A stretch of 52,933 nucleotides of DNA, counting the filler, from Jimgerdemannia flammicorona (lineage: Eukaryota): assembly GCA_003990765.1 (NCBI GenBank). It is 2 parts of 2 records of this genome, joined end to end, with 100 filler letters (N's around TTAATTAATTAA, not from the genome) between each part and the next. Parts side by side here need not be neighbours in the genome. Positions count along the whole stretch, not along the records: positions 26,524 to 52,933 come from RBNJ01000731.1; 1 more part is not named here. One strand, given 5' to 3'. This document shows, in pieces, positions 50,126 through 52,933 of the stretch (position 1 is its first letter; each line of letters starts with the position of its first letter). The position numbers and the translations under genes are program-made. The notes under the pieces are model-generated. The model ran no database searches. It worked only from the letters and a program-made list of their open reading frames with translations, and was not told the origin of the DNA.

Positions 50126-51539
50126 TATCTGGCGAACTGTTTAGACCTTCCAAATGTCCCTACCACCTTACTATCCCAATTTTCTGCGACGGTGCCAGAA
50201 CGTTCACGGTTTCGGTGCTTAAATTTCGGCTTTCAGCCTTTCAAAATGCCCTTCTTTGCATTCACAGTACTGACGGGCACTGATCGTTCGTCGCTATTAT
50301 ATATGTTCGTCCTTTGCCGCGCTAATTGCCTTTCATAGTATCTCCATTATCTCCATGTTGCTAGGCACAAGTTTTTCTGCCAAGGCGGTCATCATGATCG
50401 GTTAGTCACACTGATCAGAACTTGTCCTTGCATTAACAGAATCGCTAAATGGTCCGCCAAAATATTTGGCTGCAGTATTAGGAAATGATTGGTCAGTCCT
50501 GGCTGTCCAAAGGCGCGAGCGAAGTGTAGAGGCACTTGAGGGGCAAACGGGTTGGGCGGAGGATTCCCATAGTTCCCTGCGCTGCGGATAAGGACTTTTG
50601 TTATCCATGCTGCTGATTGCCACCACATCGATGTGTATTGCCAAAGGCGAAGAGTAGTTGGTGTGAATGACTGTACCTACTAGAGTCATAATTTCCCAGC
50701 AGAGTGTATACAAAATATAATCCAATTCATTAAACTGTTCTATTATATAAAATGGTAATCTAGACGAATAGCGCCCTGACGACATCAGATATGACAGTGG
50801 TGGCTTTCGTCACAGCGTCGATTGTACAAACCACCGTGTCAGTTTCACAGGTCTGAGACGAAGTGATCTCCATTATAAAGTTGTACTTCACGTGTCGATC
50901 ATACCATCAATGTTCTCATTGGATTTGCCCGAAGGTAACAGCCGGTTGGGCCTGAACCGCAAGTAAGTGCATCATCGAAGCGTTTGAGTAGGGTTTCATA
51001 AATTGCTCGATCAATAAGCTCGTCGACGACTTCGTCGACTGGAATTTGTAAGCTAAGATATGATGGCGGAATGCTAGAGAAAGATGGTTCACAAACCAGA
51101 TTATTATTGCCGACAGAGGAATACATAATAACTTCGTTTTTTTTTTTTTTAAAAAAAAAAAAAGTTGATCGTGGTGGCTTCTTGACGTTCTGCTAATCCT
51201 AGAACTAAGCCGGGTAAGGCAATGCTCCCTTGTCGCCTTATGACATATACAGAATCCCCCGGCCCCTCGGAGCTAGATGGGGCATCTTCAATCACTCCAA
51301 GTGATTTTCTTCCACTACGTTGTTGGGATCTTATGTTTTGTTGCTCGAGGCATCCTTTAGACGCTCTAGTCGTTTCCGTTATTTGCGTAGTTCAGTTGAA
51401 CATATTGATGACGTCGCCCTCGTAGACTCAATTATGCATAAAGTGAAGTGTGGTTAATAGACGCAAAGTGTCTTTATTCCGGTTCCAATCCTTTTTCTCA
51501 ATCGTTTTTGTTAGCTAGTATTCAATTAACATGTGCAGA

Positions 51540-51915
51540 GCGGGCACGTCGATGTTACTCTTGGACGCCACTTCACTTCGCCGTGGCGAAGGGGGACGTC
51601 GATATTGTGATTGCTCTTGCCGACTCTAAGGCGGATGCCAACGCCAGGGGTAACTTTATATGGACGCCGCTTCACCTAGTTGCGCGGAACAGGCACATAG
51701 ACATCGTGAGGTTGCTCTTGGCCTACTCCAAGACATACGCCAGCGCCAGAGAAGAGGATAATTGGTCATCGCTTCACTTGGCTGCACAGGACGGGCACAT
51801 CGAGATTGCAAAGGTTTTCGTGACCAACTTCGGCATGCCATGACCAACGGATCGAGGCCGCTTCCCATCGCTACTGGGAAAGGACACATCGAGATGGTGA
51901 GGATGACCGACAAGA
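51540..51915 (+). pseudogene. Ankyrin repeat gene fragment (3-4 repeats), frameshifted
   Basis: WTPLHFAVAKGDVDIV, WTPLHLVARNRHIDIV, SSLHLAAQDGHIEIA, then an out-of-frame PLPIATGKGHIEMV. Confidence 0.8.
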
Positions 51916-52741
51916 ACACGAAATAAAAAAAATTAACCGACACCGCTATACATCGTTGCACGTCGAGGTTGTGAGGATGGTATAAGCGGGCGAAGCCTAA
52001 CCGGGGAGGGGATGTTGCTGGATAGCGTGTACCAAAATTTGAGCGATCTGGCTGTTCTGTTGCCATCACGGTTGGAAGCGAGGACGAGTGGTTGAACAGT
52101 TCGCCGAAGACACGGAAGAGCCGATGAGGTAGCCACTTTTAAAATGTTACCTCTGGTGGCTTAGTACGACTAAAGAAACAGTTAAAGGTGGTCATCTCAA
52201 ATGAAGCGGGATGTGGAGAGCGAAAAAAAGGCTCGCGCGGGACAAGAGCCAGCAAGGTCAACGTCCGCCACGCGTAGAAACAGATAGAACGCTAAACTTT
52301 AATGTTCACGACGAAATCTCGCCACGTGTAAAAAATAACGAAACAGATGGAGTGTGGAATGAGGATTAGCGGAGGTGTACCCCATATAAAAAACACAGAG
52401 CCCTGGCAAAAGGCAATCATCTCTTCCTCCAAAAACTTCTGCAGCGAATGGTTTGCATGTCCGACGGCCTCGGCCACTTGCCAAGACTGCGGGGAGTTTA
52501 CCTCATTGGTTGACACTCCGCTCCTGCATTTCTGCGTGTATCGTGTATCATAATGCGGGTGTTTGCTGGTTGTGACTTCATTGAAGCACGCGTCACAATC
52601 TACGATGTCGTGAGATGACGTAATCGGATGTACAAGAATGAGTCACGGGTGACAAAAAAGTCGTATACGAGACTCCACACATCCTCCATTCCTTCTTTCC
52701 TTCCTTCATCCATTCCCACACCTCCCACACCCCCGGGACCA

Positions 52742-52874
52742 ATGCACCAACTCGCCGTCGGTACACTCGCATGCCAGCACAACTCCTACCAAACTTCACT
52801 GCAAACCGCATGCCTATCCTGCTCTACAACACCAAACAACCAAGGCTTCTATGAAGTCAAGCTCGTCGACACTG
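52742..52874 (+). CDS. Exon 1 of AlaX-type (AARSD1-like) alanyl-tRNA editing protein; continues beyond the window
   Basis: MHQLAVGTLACQHNSYQTSLQTACLSC..FYEVKLVDT then a GTAAGT donor; matches the AlaX N-terminus (LACQxDSY...Y.V.L.DT-VLFPEGGGQ). Confidence 0.65.
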
Positions 52875-52933
52875 GTAAGTCGTTGGTCAGATCCCAACCT
52901 ACTTTACATACAACTAACCAACCCCCCCCCCCA

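Overview
Eukaryotic, intron-rich fungal DNA. The gene set and intron style suggest an early-diverging fungus (Mucoromycota-like); this is inference only. Apparently intact genes: 3' part of arginase, a multi-exon PD-(D/E)xK-like protein, an alpha/beta-hydrolase-like membrane protein, a cAMP-receptor-like 7TM GPCR (one apparent homopolymer frameshift), PER1/PGAP3, an O-fucosyltransferase-like glycosyltransferase, a DUF6532-like protein, a secreted GH74 xyloglucanase that looks bacterial, a ubiquitin-like plus Cys-rich protein, and exon 1 of an AlaX-type editing protein. Between them lie decayed elements: Tc1 transposase with a foldback hairpin, a DNA ligase pseudogene, a Gypsy LTR/PBS with nested inverted arms, L1-like and Gypsy remnants depleted of CpG, NLR-type parts (NB-ARC, TPR, ankyrin), an Argonaute 5' fragment, and a GPCR paralog broken by inversions. 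The most notable non-coding signal is a near-canonical type III hammerhead ribozyme at 36426-36486. An artificial N-linker at 26424-26523 means contiguity across it is not assured. Exon coordinates were read by eye and are approximate unless stated.
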